A DNA stretch of 64,000 nt from Octopus sinensis (GCF_006345805.1 NC_043015.1:52018001-52082000); one strand, 5' to 3'; positions 12,468-25,982 are shown, counted from the stretch's first letter. The notes: generated by a model from the sequence alone, not told the origin. Numbers and translations: made by a program.

Positions 12468-13617
12468 TATAAAGCTATATATATTGGCTTGTAAATATTA
12501 TCTTGAAAAATCCATTTCGCTTATACTCAGAAAGTTACCAACCAATTTCTGTTTTGGAATGCATATTTCTCTGGTTTATGACATACATACAAATATACAA
12601 ACATACATACATGCATATACATTTAGTTATACGTATACAAACTTATGCACGTGTGGGTGTGTGTGCAAATCTCTGTAAGTATGCTGTATATATATAATTT
12701 GTGTGAAGCTGGCCTTTTCTCTCCTTTCCTCTACATGGGTGTTCAGATCTGCCATAATTTTACAAAGAAGTTTACGTTTCTTGATTAAAAGCATTAGCAG
12801 AGCACGAATTGCTCTCGTTTATTCTCGAACACTTATTCGCAGATATATAGATTATTATTTCATGTTACCTTAGTCTGGTTTTATGGAAAAGCTACTTAAT
12901 TATTGACCTAGTATTATACAATCGTTGACGCCAACAAACTTTTGCTCTCCTTCTAACTCTCTCTATATCTATCTATCTATCTCTTAATCTCTCTCTCTCT
13001 ATTTCTTTCTCTCGCTCTGTCTGTCTACATTGCTGATAAGCTTGCCGTTGCTATTGATATTTCGCGACACATCTCCTTCATGATTCTGTTTCATAATGTG
13101 AAAATTATGTTGCCGTAATCTACTGTTTCTATGAATAATTGAACACTTGTACATGGAGACACACTGCCTGTTTCACCAAAAACAGAAGAGCTTTAAAGTA
13201 AATATTAATCAAAGATCTGTCTATTGAATTATCTTAACAAAGGCTAAAATAGTGTTTTTAGGCGGAATTTTCCTATTACGTTAACAATGGGCAGTTTTCA
13301 ATTTTCAGCCATTACGCATAAAAAGATGTGTATTTCCTTGCGTATTCGTTCATTTGCTGCGATAGAGATAAATTATTTGTTACTTCTTGTTAGTGAGGTT
13401 GTTATAATTGTTTACCTCCAGTTAGGCTTCGTTGTGGATGGGCTCACCTGTTATAAAAATTCCCAAATGTGTTCATCCAATCTTTTTTTATACTTGAGAC
13501 ATAAATTTACACGTAAAAAAGTCATTCACTCTATTTTATAATGGAGAAAAACGTCTGAGTAGAAGCGAAATGGATTTTTCAAGACAATATTTACAAGCCA
13601 ACATATATAGCTTTATA
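12468..13617. repeat. 64-bp inverted repeat pair (61/64 identical) about 1.02 kb apart; possible non-autonomous TIR element
   Basis: 12468-12531 versus reverse complement of 13554-13617; outer ends TATAAAGC...GCTTTATA. Confidence 0.75.
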
Positions 13618-14743
13618 ACGTCTCACTGCAGCCAAATAGGTGTCAATACACCGAGTCAATCCACAGTGCCCTCTCACCAGACTGTTAGATGCCTGTATTT
13701 CGGAGTGATTATCTCCCCATTTCTCCCCATTTATCTCCTTATTTCAAATTAAGTTCACATAAAACTAAATTGTCCGTACAGTACAGTGTAATTTGAGTGT
13801 GTCTAAAGAAATGGGTACAGGTTTTTGCAGCTCTAATTTTTTTTTTTTTTAGCATTTTACGATATTTGGTAAATGTTCTTTAGAATTTCAGGGTTAGTAA
13901 AAGGAAAATCCTTAATCATGTCAGACTTTAAATGTAATACAAAGACACACTGAAATACTGTTACGTATTTAATCCAGCAACCCTCCAGCTCTGTATCACC
14001 AGTTCCTTCCTTTAATCTATGTACCGGGTAAATGTTCATATACCTTGATATTTTGGAAATAGGTAACTTGAAAAAAGGTCTGAGTTGGTAAATGCAGAAA
14101 TATTTCTTGGGCTGTGTGTAAAAGTAATTTATCACTCTCAAACATTGAACAAAAGATGTTATTATCGTGCATGAAGACAAACACCGTTGGCGTTTTACTT
14201 TTAACAGTAACAAATAATTACGTACCAGGAGAGATATACTACATGGAATTTATGGCAAAATTTTGATGTACCAACATGCAGCTTGTCCAACCAATTATGC
14301 TACATTCGTGGTGACGCATGTTTTTGACATCTATCTGCGCCATCTCTCTAAGCCGTATTTCTGGGTCACCTGGGTGGTAAAAATGCGAGCGTCCGATGGG
14401 CTAAGAATGGAGACAAATATCACTCAGATACCTCAAATTTCATGATTGGTTGCTTAAGAGATCGATCACGGGAAATATTGTGGTTTGGTCGTGATGTCTC
14501 ACTCGATTGCCAGAGATTCGGTTTCGAATACATGCTATAATATCATTGCGAAATATTTTAGCGATTATGCAAAAGTATAACACAAAAATTTGGGGATTTT
14601 GATTTGAAAGGCAGAGACAGAATTAAACTGCAAAATCCTAAATTTATAGTAACTTCCAGCCCATTGAATTACTCCGTTCAACTACTTTGGCATAAGTTGA
14701 TAAACAGTTCTATATTTAAGAGATGAGGAATTATGCAGATCAT

Positions 14744-14914
14744 TTACATTATTTACATTTGACGGATATTTGTCCTCATCTTGTTTGTTGTTAACACAAT
14801 GTTTCGGCTGATATACCCTCCAGTCTTCATCAGGTGTCCTGGGGAAATTTCTGGGTTCTCATTCCTAAGGCAGTTTTCGATGTTGTTGTTGTTATTATTA
14901 TATTATTATTATTA

Positions 14915-14961
<47 letters not shown>

Positions 14962-15028
14962 TCACTGCCTGGAATCGAATTCGGAATCTTGGGATTAGAA
15001 GCCCGTGCTCTTAACCACTACGCCATAT
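14744..15028 (-). mobile_element. Hammerhead-type SINE copy (motif at 14793-14838, two substitutions)
   Basis: Same family as 1003-1305; CUGAUGA core intact, stem II and III each carry a mismatch. Confidence 0.85.
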
Positions 15029-15044
15029 AACCATGTATAATAGG

Positions 15045-15330
<286 letters not shown>

Positions 15331-15919
15331 TTGATATAGACATAGTCATAAGAATTTACATATCCATCCATATATGAATACAAGCCTATATTATATGCGC
15401 AGTTATATCACGAGATATATTTCTCTAAAAAAATGACATATCGTAATCTACCACTGACATGAATAGCAAGCTACTAGAATAGCCAAATTCTCTAGGAACG
15501 CAAATACTTCTAATTACACAGGAAGCGCATGCCCCACGGGGAATCGTCTTCTACACATAATGTTATCCCACATTGCAAACTGTGCGAGGCCATTACAGTT
15601 AATGTACGGCGGAAAACTTGAAACTACGATGTATTTTCGCAAACAGACTATATCATATTTTATGTATTTTCCCATACTGTTCGTGTTCCTATATAATCAC
15701 ACACACACACACACACACATATATATACATGCACACATTAACATATTTACATATGTAAATACATATTTCATTTATACATACATATAAATATTATACGTAA
15801 CTACTCACACCCACACATGTACATGTATGTAAATGTGTGCACGTATGTATATACCTCAACTTATATAAGATTTCTGCAGTTGTTTCCTGAAGCTAAAACG
15901 TGTATGTGTGTGTTCGTGT

Positions 15920-15971
<52 letters not shown>

Positions 15972-16116
15972 TATATACATATGTATGTAGGTAGGTATAT
16001 ACGTATGTATGCATGGATAAAACTACTTCCATGCTTTTTTTGGCCAAATTATATGCTCATATAAGATATGAGTAGTTGTAATTTATCGGATGTATATCTA
16101 TATATATGTATATGCA

Positions 16117-16168
<52 letters not shown>

Positions 16169-16333
16169 ATATACATATATATATATCATATTCATATATA
16201 TATATATATATATAATATATATATATATACATATATCATATACAATATATATACTAAATTATTTATATATAATATATACGTATAAATACATATTTATGTA
16301 TATATATAAATATATACATACATACACACACAT

Positions 16334-16365
<32 letters not shown>

Positions 16366-16774
16366 GTACAGCTGCGCAATGCTTGTGCAATCTTTATATC
16401 TGCATATGATAGATTTATGTGTGCTTGTTAGAGTCTGCATATAAGTTTGGTATTGATAGGTTACACTCTATATATCTATACATCCATCTATGTATATATT
16501 TTTCATAACACTGCACACACTGATGTATGTGCATGCACGCTGATGTTAGAGACAACGCAGTTTGTTTATATGTGTTTGTTTATATGTGTGTGTGTGTGTG
16601 TGTTTTGTTTAATATGAGTGCGTATGTAGATATGTTTGGTAAGTAGACCCACTTATTACAAACCATCACATGGCAGTGACGGTTTGATGAATAATTCATT
16701 GTTTTAGAGTCGGAGAGATCGCTATCTCAGATGGCAATCTCTGCTATTCAGTGCGATCGATTCCAGAACCTCCG

Positions 16775-17437
16775 ACGTCACCACCGACATGAACACCACT
16801 ATGGACACCACCACCACCATCATCATCACAAACATCAACAACAATATGGGCAGGAGCAACACTACCACCACCACTACCACCACCACCACCACCTCCACCG
16901 CCACCTCCACCACCACCAACAGTAACAACATCATCATCAACATCATCATCATCATCATCATCACCACCAAAAACTGCTGCAACAACAGAATCACCAATAA
17001 CATCGGCTGCAGTAGGACTATAACTGCAACCACCACAGTCACCACCACCACCACCACCACCACCACCACCACCACCACCACTACTACTGCCACCTGCACT
17101 ACCATTACTGCCGCCCGCAACACTAGTATAACTACTACCATGATCACCAATACGTTCGCACCCCATCTACCACTACCAACTCTGCCAGCGCAACCACTTC
17201 GACTACCACCATCAGTACTACTACTACTACTACTAGTAGTAGTAGTTGTAGTTGTAGTAGTAGTAGTAGTAGTAGTAGTACTAGTACTGCTGGTGCTGGT
17301 GCTTCTGCTACTGCTGCTGCTACTTTTTCTACTACTACTCCTACTACTACTACTACTACTACTACTACTATTAAACAACTGCTACAACTAGTACTACTGC
17401 TGCTACTGCGACTGCCACCGCAGCAGCAACTTCATTG

Positions 17438-17469
<32 letters not shown>

Positions 17470-17490
17470 TACTACTACTACTGCAGCTTC
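16775..17490. repeat. Compound trinucleotide array (CAC/CAT/AAC/ACT/AGT/GCT)
   Basis: Directly visible; produces spurious stop-free frames on both strands. Confidence 0.9.
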
Positions 17491-18323
17491 ATCATCGTAG
17501 CTCGTTTTTATACTTTTCTTCCTGACTGATAATTGTCGGCCATCTTTATTTCTTTAAGAGACTCCCGGACTCTATTCAATTCGGCACGGAACACATCTAC
17601 TTCCACAAAACCGCACCAATTTGGTGTTCGCTATGCACTAATTTAAACTAATTAACCGAATGACTAAAGTACAGAAATAAATAAAGTATGAGAGAAAAAT
17701 ACAAACACAGAAATAAACAACAAAATATGATTAAAGAACGATTTCAAAAAAACCGTAATCAAAAGCATCCAAATACCAAATAATATATATAAAAAGAAAA
17801 TATTGAAATTAGGCCACATTGAATATAAATATATGCAATTTGCAGAACTAGGACATTCATTTGGTATTCTATCATAAAATGGAAGACTCAATGGTGGCTG
17901 TAATAAATGGAATGACAGATGTGATTGGCGAAACAGTCAAAGCGTGCATGTGATGTAGCCATGTCTTGGAGATGACAACTTTGAATGCAATCATCGTCAA
18001 ACACGCAACGCTATCCGGGCCCCTCGTTCAATTGGTTTCCTTTTCCGATTTCTTTCTTACATGGCTATTTCTTTTCTTTTTTCTTTTTTCTTTCCTTCTT
18101 TCTTTTTTCTTTCTTTCTTTCTATTTATTTATTGTATATTCTGTTTAGTTTCGTGATTTCATTTTATTCTTGTCGTATTCATCATGCAAGTTTCACTAAC
18201 GCGACTTCTAGCTCTTTCCTCTTTTTCTTTGTTGTCGCTCTTCATTTCCCTTATCATTATTATTTTATTATTATTATTATTATATTATTATTATTTTATT
18301 ATTATTATTATTATTATTAATCA

Positions 18324-18371
<48 letters not shown>

Positions 18372-18524
18372 CATCATTATTATTATATTATTAATTATTA
18401 TTATTATTATTATCTTATATTATTATTATTATTATTTTTATCATTATTATTGTTATTATTATCATTATTATTATCATTATTATCATTATTATTATTATCA
18501 TTATTATTATCATTATTATTATTT

Positions 18525-18737
18525 AAGGCGGCGAGCTGGCAGAATCGTTAGCACGCCGGGCGAAATGCTCAGCGGTTTTTCGTCTGCCGCTACGTTCTGA
18601 GTTCAAATTCTACCGAAGTCGACTTTTCTTTTCATCCTTTCGGGGTCGATAAATTAAGTACCAGTTCGCTTACTGGGGTCGATCTAATCGACTGGTTCCC
18701 TCACTAAAAGTTTCGGTCAATGTGCCTAGAATAGAAT
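18525..18737 (+). mobile_element. SINE family A
   Basis: AAGGCGGCGAGCTGGCAGAATCGTTAGCACGCCGGGCG head and TTTCATCCTTTCGGGGTCGATAAATTAAGTACCAG core. Confidence 0.85.
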
Positions 18738-18838
18738 ATCATTATAATTGTTGTTGTTGCTGTTGTTGACGCTGTTACTGTTGCTGTTGTTGTTGATGCG
18801 ACTATTATTATTATCATCATCATCATTATTATTATTTT

Positions 18839-19114
18839 CCTTGCTCTAGTTTCTTCTGTGTGAGCGGACAACATCCTGTTGCCAGATGACATACAGGTTC
18901 TCTTTCCGCAGATTATAAGCTTTGGTAGTTTGGATGTTAACTATTGCAGAAGACAATCAACATCCAAGCACATATCTCAAAATCTTAGTAGTCCACTATA
19001 GAGCACCTTTTGGGCTTGCTCTGCCCTCACATCAATACCAGTTTCTCCGACAAACATCTCGAACTTCGTTGTTAATGCTCCGAGTACCCCTACCACTACT
19101 TGGATAACAGTTAC
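18839..19114 (-). mobile_element. 3' fragment of RLE-type non-LTR retrotransposon (R4/Dong-like)
   Basis: Minus translation VTVIQVVVGVLGALTTKFEMFVGETGIDVRAEQAQKVL resembles the C-terminal VPVVVGALG...QK motif; ends in an (AAT)n-like tail. Confidence 0.65.
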
Positions 19115-19533
19115 TCTCATCATTGCTATTATTATTAATATTATCATGTAAAAAGAGGAGACACAGGGGACAAAAAGTCGCTGAAGAGGTCACAGGATGT
19201 GTGACGAAGGATTTCAGAGAGAGGAAACTAAAACAAGGAACAATGATGAATCTGAAGTGATGAACGAATATAGAGTGCGTGTGTTTATTAAAAAAATGAC
19301 CGTCCCCAAATATGACATTATCTGTTACAACAAATAATTTCACATCAGGAATTTTACAAAGCAAATACATAAAAATGAAATCATATTATTTTAAGGCTAA
19401 TGCATGCTATTTTATCAATCACGAATGCTATTTCGTGGTTTGGTGGCAACAAGTCTCCCCAGATCTCAAGACTGTTTCTGAAGATTGTGACACAATACAG
19501 AATATCGCTTTTCTTCATGTCAACTCGGCTTAC

Positions 19534-19643
19534 TTCAATTTCCGGGTACCCTTCATCCCATGAACCAGCAGTTTCGATGCAGTAAATGTGCGTCAACTGG
19601 CATGGAAGCAATTGCCACTTTCTTCTCCATAATATCTTCATAT
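19534..19643 (-). CDS. Candidate 110-nt exon (MKILWRRKWQLLPCQLTHIYCIETAGSWDEGYPEIE), unverified
   Basis: TTTTTACATCTGTTGTAG| acceptor and GAA|GTAAGC donor; frame stays open to the stop at 19381; no recognised homology. Confidence 0.25.
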
Positions 19644-19800
19644 CTACAACAGATGTAAAAATTTGTGAAGATATGCTTACATTCAAAAGTATCCCTATAT
19701 AGATTTCAGGCTATCAATGATGCATATATATATATAATAAAAAAAGTGACAACAAAGGAATGAGACCTCGATATTAGGTAAATAGATGATATCTATGTAA

Positions 19801-19914
19801 GTATAGTTTAGGGCAATCAGTATGTTGTCACAATAGTACTCGGAGTTTCAAGTGCCGGAACATTTGAAACTCCGAGTGCTATTATGACAACTTACTGATT
19901 GTTCTAAACTATAC
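19801..19914. repeat. Long palindrome (51-bp arms, 5 mismatches, 12-nt spacer)
   Basis: GTATAGTTTAGGGCAATCAG...TTTCAA versus TTGAAAC...CTAAACTATAC; its left flank (19745-19800) resembles the minus strand of 560-610. Confidence 0.9.
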
Positions 19915-19916
19915 AT

Positions 19917-19954
<38 letters not shown>

Positions 19955-19957
<3 letters not shown>

Positions 19958-20300
19958 AGGAATGACTTATAGGTGGATTCCAAATATGCTAAAGGTAGAC
20001 CCCATATAGTCTGACCACTAAGAAAAATTGTTCTCAAGAAATTTCGGCAAACGCCAGACCGTAAAGCGAGCAAGACAAATGAGAAGATACAAAATTTAGT
20101 GATAAGTCACATACATAGATTTACGTAACATTTACGTAAATGTCTGCGAATCATCAGTGTGACCGTCGAGAAAATATAATTTACAGAACTATAAACGAGA
20201 CGTCCTCCCGAGGGAGAACATTACACAGTACTATAAATTATATTTGGGGGTATATTTCAAACATAGCATATTAGGAATTCACCTAGTGGTTATTCCTTTT
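19955..20300. mobile_element. MITE with imperfect 37-bp TIRs flanked by TA
   Basis: AAGAGGAATGACTTATAGGTGGATTCCAAATATGCTA versus reverse complement AAAAGGAATAACCACTAGGTGAATTCCTAATATGCTA (about 30/37). Confidence 0.7.
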
Positions 20301-20943
20301 ATATGTATGAAATAAAATTTTTCTAAATCTTCGGATTTTAAAAAATAATGCTAGGCCACTGGTTGAAATTGATATTTTTGATTTAATTAATATTAATTTT
20401 ACCCTCATTATATAAATTTATATATATAACATCGCAGCAATCATGTCCCATCGCAGATTTACAACCGGTGTTGGTGTGTTTACGTTCTGTTTGACTTACT
20501 GTTTTAACGAAAGGTTTCGAGTGAATAAATACAAGGCTTTAAAAGATTTTAATAATGAATTGGGATCGATTAGTTCTAGAAAATATTTTGCAAGCCGTTG
20601 GCAACACATGTCTGTTGTCTAATGATTGAAGCAGTTAAAATATTATATACATATGTGTTTATGTGTTTGTGTGTATGCATGTATGTAACATGTACGTATC
20701 TATGTAAATATACACATGCATAAACGTATACATATATAAACGTATATATATATGCATATCTGCCTATTTATCTACCAATATATCTACTTGTGCTATCTTC
20801 TCTCTCTTTCTCTCTCTCTCTCTCTCTTTGCATCTATCTATCCGTCAATATAAATGCATCTCTCACCTACCTCCCTCTCTATCGATCTGTGCATATATAT
20901 ATATATGTACACATATGTACACATACACACACATGGATACCTA

Positions 20944-20990
<47 letters not shown>

Positions 20991-21000
20991 ATATATAATA

Positions 21001-21120
21001 TTGGCCTGCTCGCTTAGCCAGCGGGGTGGCGTCATTCGAAGGCTAAAACAATGCGAACGCATTGTGACCAGCGATGTGTAACAACATCTGATGGTCTGGT
21101 CGGTCACGTGGTCACGTGAT
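21001..21120 (+). mobile_element. Probable SINE 3' tail fragment ending in GTCACGTG repeats
   Basis: GC-rich island between (TA)n tracts; recalled as an alternative tail of family C; single copy here. Confidence 0.45.
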
Positions 21121-21783
21121 ATATATGTATATATATACATGCATATGCCTAAATGTCTGAGTGTGCATTCGTCTATTAAAAGTACGTTCATGCAAATTTT
21201 TTAGATATATCGATATATTTTCACATGTATACAGACGCTAACACACACACAGAAATATACACACACACACACAAACGCACACACACATTTACATATATAC
21301 TGAGAGGGAGTGTGAGCGATAAAGACAAGCACATATATATATATATACATATATATAATTATTTTTGTGTGTTCAGATCAGATGTGCGTGTATAGAGTTA
21401 ATATATAACTTCACTTAAGTTTGCTTCTATGAAACGGGGAAGTTCGTTGAGATAGAGCAGACATCATGTGAATAACTCCCAATGGACCGACTGAATGTTC
21501 ACTCAATCAACTTTATAACTCGCCCTCGTCGTAAACTATGTTATCGTATTAAGACACACCATAACTGCACACAAATAGTAATATGATTAAGCAGGCAAAA
21601 TCCAGCGTCTTACCTTGTTGCTATTAGCCAATATGGCTGCTACACAACGCTGTTGCCTTTTAATGTAAAGCCAGAAATAAGTACCTCAGCATTCATTAAC
21701 AACTTTCTTTTCTTCTTTCTCTCTCTTTCACTGTCTCTCTCCCCATCTCTCTACCCCTCTCCTTCCTTCCTTCATTCGTTCTT

Positions 21784-21816
<33 letters not shown>

Positions 21817-21979
21817 GTAGTCCTTTCGAATTTTATATTTCCTTTTCTCAACTTTGCATTTATTTTGTCTTTTCTCCATCTTTTCTCTCGTCTATCTATC
21901 TATCTATCTTGTCTGTCTGTCTATCTAGGTATCTATTTATCTATTTCTTTCCCATTAGATATATATATATATATCTGTA

Positions 21980-22047
<68 letters not shown>

Positions 22048-22088
22048 AATCAATCAATCTGTCTGTCTGTGCATGTAGGTATGTATAC

Positions 22089-22130
<42 letters not shown>

Positions 22131-22476
22131 ATGTGTGTGTGTGTGTGTGTGTATGTATATACATACATGTACACACTTACGCACGCACATGTACATATGT
22201 TTATACTTCCGCGTATTTGTGTGAGTTATTGTCTTTTTTATATTTTTCATATTACGAGTAGCACCTGTCTTTGTAAACCTAAATAAATATTCATGTCAGT
22301 CGTTCTTAACATTTTTTCATACAGGTAAGTCTGCTAGAGGTGTTTTTTTTAACGTGAGCACAACATAACATGCCTAAATGAATTTTTTCCTTTATTTCTT
22401 TCGTTTGATTCTTTTCCTCATATTAGGAAATTGAAGCCGCTTTATTCCGAGTCAATAACATTTAGTTCATTACCAT

Positions 22477-22780
22477 GGGGGGGATGGAAGCACTCCGTCA
22501 TTTACGACGATGAGGGTTCCGGTTGATCCGAATCAACGGAACAGCCTGCTCGTGAAATTAACGTGTAAGTGGCTGAGCACTCTACAGACACGTGTACCCT
22601 TAACGTAGTTCTCGGGGATATTCAGCGTGACACAGAGAGTGACAAGGCCGGCCCTTTGAAATACAGGTACAACAGAAACAGGAAGTAAGAGTGAGAGAAA
22701 GTTGTGGTGAAAGAGTACAGCAGGGATCACCACCATCCCTGCCGGAACCTCGTGGAGATTTAGGTGTTTTCGCTCAATAA
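22477..22780 (-). mobile_element. 5'-truncated SINE family C with 13-bp target-site duplication
   Basis: AGTTCATTACCAT at 22464-22476 and 22781-22793. Confidence 0.9.
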
Positions 22781-23351
22781 AGTTCATTACCATATCATCT
22801 GTCGAAACTGGCTAACGACGTAAGTGGTGAGTTCTATTTGCAGAAACAAAACGCGTACCAGCGTTAAAAGTATATTTACTAGCCTTTAGTTGATGTAAGA
22901 CTACTTTACCCACGTTCGATATTAATTATGCTGATTAGTATAATATTACTAATATATTATTATAAAATATTACTACATCACCATGTAATTTATTTTCGCC
23001 GCTCTAAATATACTTGAATATATTGAATATGTATTTCATACACCAATTTTCCATCCATCCTGCCATCCTTACATACGTACATACATGGATACATATATAT
23101 ACGTACTCATACATACACTCATACATATACATATGCATACATGCATACACACATGTGTATATGTATGTATGTATATATGTATGTATGTGTGTAGTATGTG
23201 TGTATGTATGTATGTATTATGTATGATTGTATATATATAATATGTATATATATATATATATATTGTATATATATATTATATATGTATATATATATATATA
23301 TTATATTGTGTGTGTGGGTGTGTGTGTGGTGGGTGTGTGTGTGGTTGTGTT

Positions 23352-23601
23352 CTGTTGTATCTGGGGAGAGTCATCCTCTTTTAGTGCCTTATAATTTAAA
23401 GCGCACTCACCGGTAAAATTCCCACTCATTTCTTTTATATTTTACTAAAATTTTCGTCTCTCAGAGTCAAAACTATTGAAAAGGTTGCAAGACGCAACGA
23501 ACATTTTAGAAAAATAATAACAGAAATAAGTGTAAATTTTGCCGGTGAGTGTGTTAAATTATAAGGCACCAAAAGAGAATGACTCTCTCCAGACACAACA
23601 G
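23352..23601. mobile_element. MITE with about 68-bp TIRs
   Basis: CTGTTGTATCTGGGGAGAGTCATCCTCTTTTAGTGCCTTATAATTTAA... versus reverse complement of 23535-23601. Confidence 0.85.
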
Positions 23602-23670
23602 TATATGCTTCAACACACAAACTCACATAAATCATCTTGCAAAAGAAATCCAAAATCGAAACATATATAT

Positions 23671-23705
<35 letters not shown>

Positions 23706-24094
23706 CCTAAATGTCGAACGATGAAAATGAGTGCTCAACATCGCATTGGTGGATATAATGTCTTTATTTGTGAATTGAGGCTACTGTTGGTTTCATGTTA
23801 AGAAAAATAGGAATATAACTTATTGTTTTAACAAATGTTCGAGTCCATCACATGGAGAAAGGTGTTCGCCTCCATTTTGGAAAACACCAATATATATATC
23901 GACATGTGTTAAAGAATGGAGCAGATAATACCAGGCTTCATATGTTTCATAGCGAGTGGAACATCGAAAGTGGTAGATATCCAATCGGTGTGCATACCAC
24001 AGGCTACTCGTCAGGTCAAGAGTATCTTGATTAAATGAAGTTTACATTACCGTAACGGGGTAAATGTTAACAGATGGAAGATACATCGGAATAT

Positions 24095-24514
24095 ATTCTT
24101 TTATTTCGTGGTCTATTATTTGTTTCAGTCATTTGTCTGCAGCTATGTTGGGGCACCGCATTTACTCGACCAAATCGACCCCAGGACTTATTCTTCGCAA
24201 GTCCAGTACTTATTCTAAGTTACGGGGACCTAAACACACTAACATCGGCTGTCAAAGTAATGTTGGAGGGGGAAAAAAACGCACACACACACGCATGCAC
24301 ATACACAACACACACACACACACACAAACATATATATATATATATATACATATACGGCGGGCTTTATTCAGTTTCTGTCTATCAATTCCACTCACAAAGC
24401 TTTGGTCGGTCCGAGGCTATAGTAGAAGACACTTGCTCAAGTGACACGCAATGGGACTGAACCCGGAGCCATGTTGTTGGTAAGCAAGCTTCTTACCACA
24501 TAACCACTCCTACA
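24095..24514 (-). mobile_element. SINE family B
   Basis: Similarity to 2431-2845. Confidence 0.8.
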
Positions 24515-24619
24515 CGTATATATATAATTACACACACACAAACACACGCACACATACCACATACATATAAAAAAATATTCCCTCAAATAATTATTATACA
24601 TATATATAATATATATATA

Positions 24620-24651
<32 letters not shown>

Positions 24652-24783
24652 CTATATATTATATATATATATAGATATATATATCTAATATATATATATG
24701 TCTAATGTAGGATAAACATTTTTCTAAAAATTCTATCAGTGGTCAGCATATTAAAAATACCTTTAAGGGTTAAATTTATAAAC

Positions 24784-24970
24784 AATTTATAAGTAAGGGA
24801 AAAAGAAAAAAATTCTAATGCTAAAATATGCCGAAAATAGACACGACGTCATAACCATTATAATTCGTCACTACAAGCACGTACTTGTAGTGTCAATTTA
24901 TAATGGTTATTGACGCTGTGTCTATTTTCGGCATATTTTGGGCATTAGAATTTTTTATTTTGCCTTACTT

Positions 24971-24977
<7 letters not shown>
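24784..24977. mobile_element. Foldback/palindromic MITE (about 95-bp arms) between (TA)n tracts
   Basis: AATTTATAAGTAAGG...CACTACAAG-cacgta-CTTGTAGTG...CCTTACTTATAAATT. Confidence 0.85.
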
Positions 24978-25009
<32 letters not shown>

Positions 25010-25030
25010 TATATATATATAAATATTATA

Positions 25031-25080
<50 letters not shown>

Positions 25081-25682
25081 ATATATATGCGTTCATACAT
25101 ACAAATAAGTCGTTCTTTAACTTATCAACTAAGGAGAACATGTGTTCTGAGGAGGTCAAATTATACTGAAACTCGTACTTTCTTTTCGCCATTTAGTTCT
25201 AAACCTAGAACCACTCCAATGTGCATTGCGCATGATCTATAAAAAGTTTGATCAACTGATCGTATTTGAGTTAAATACTTTAGTTTTTGATCTTAGAGTT
25301 TATTTCTCTTTAGAGATAGTTCTTGGGCAACACCTGCTTGGTTTATCTCAGAGAACTCCAGACCATTATATTACTTGAAAGACTTTATGTTATTTATATT
25401 AAGTATGTAGAAATCTTCATTCAAGTTATCTTTCCCCTGACAATATGGTTGAAGTTCTTCAAGTCGAGTACCGTAGGAAGAGGTAGTATTAGCATGTTTA
25501 TGCACGGGTCATACACCGGAAGATGTACAGAAAGAGAATAGAGGAACGAGAGAGATATATATATATATAGAGAGAGAGAGAGAAAGATGAGAAAGAGAGA
25601 GAGAGAGAGAAAGAGAGAGAAAGTGAGAGAGAGCGTGTGGATATTTCATTCACACATATCCCACCCCCATATAATATTATAG

Positions 25683-25723
<41 letters not shown>

Positions 25724-25853
25724 TATATATATGTTATATATATAATATATATATGTATATAGTATGTATATATATATATTTATATATATATGTATATAGT
25801 ATTATTATGTATGTGTGTATGTGTGTGTGTAAGAGTGAGTGTATCTATCTAAC

Positions 25854-25889
<36 letters not shown>

Positions 25890-25947
25890 CATACATGTAT
25901 ACATACATACATATATACATACATACATACATACATACATACATACA

Positions 25948-25982
<35 letters not shown>

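Noticed and set aside
16722-17391. 140-218 aa poly-T/H/V/G/L ORFs
   Set aside because: A trinucleotide array that is stop-free on both strands; no codon diversity or splice support.
19181-19216. CUGAAGA-G-GUCAC/GUGAC-GAAG near-hammerhead
   Set aside because: GAAG instead of GAAA and no stem I.
23830-24050. Frames open on both strands (60-73 codons)
   Set aside because: No splice signals or recognisable motif.
25147-25177. CUGAGGA...GAAAC near-hammerhead
   Set aside because: No stem I pairing and stem III is not palindromic.
25322-25541. Plus ORF FLGNTCLVYLRELQTIILLERL... and a protein-like antisense frame
   Set aside because: Ambiguous among several frames; no homology recognised.
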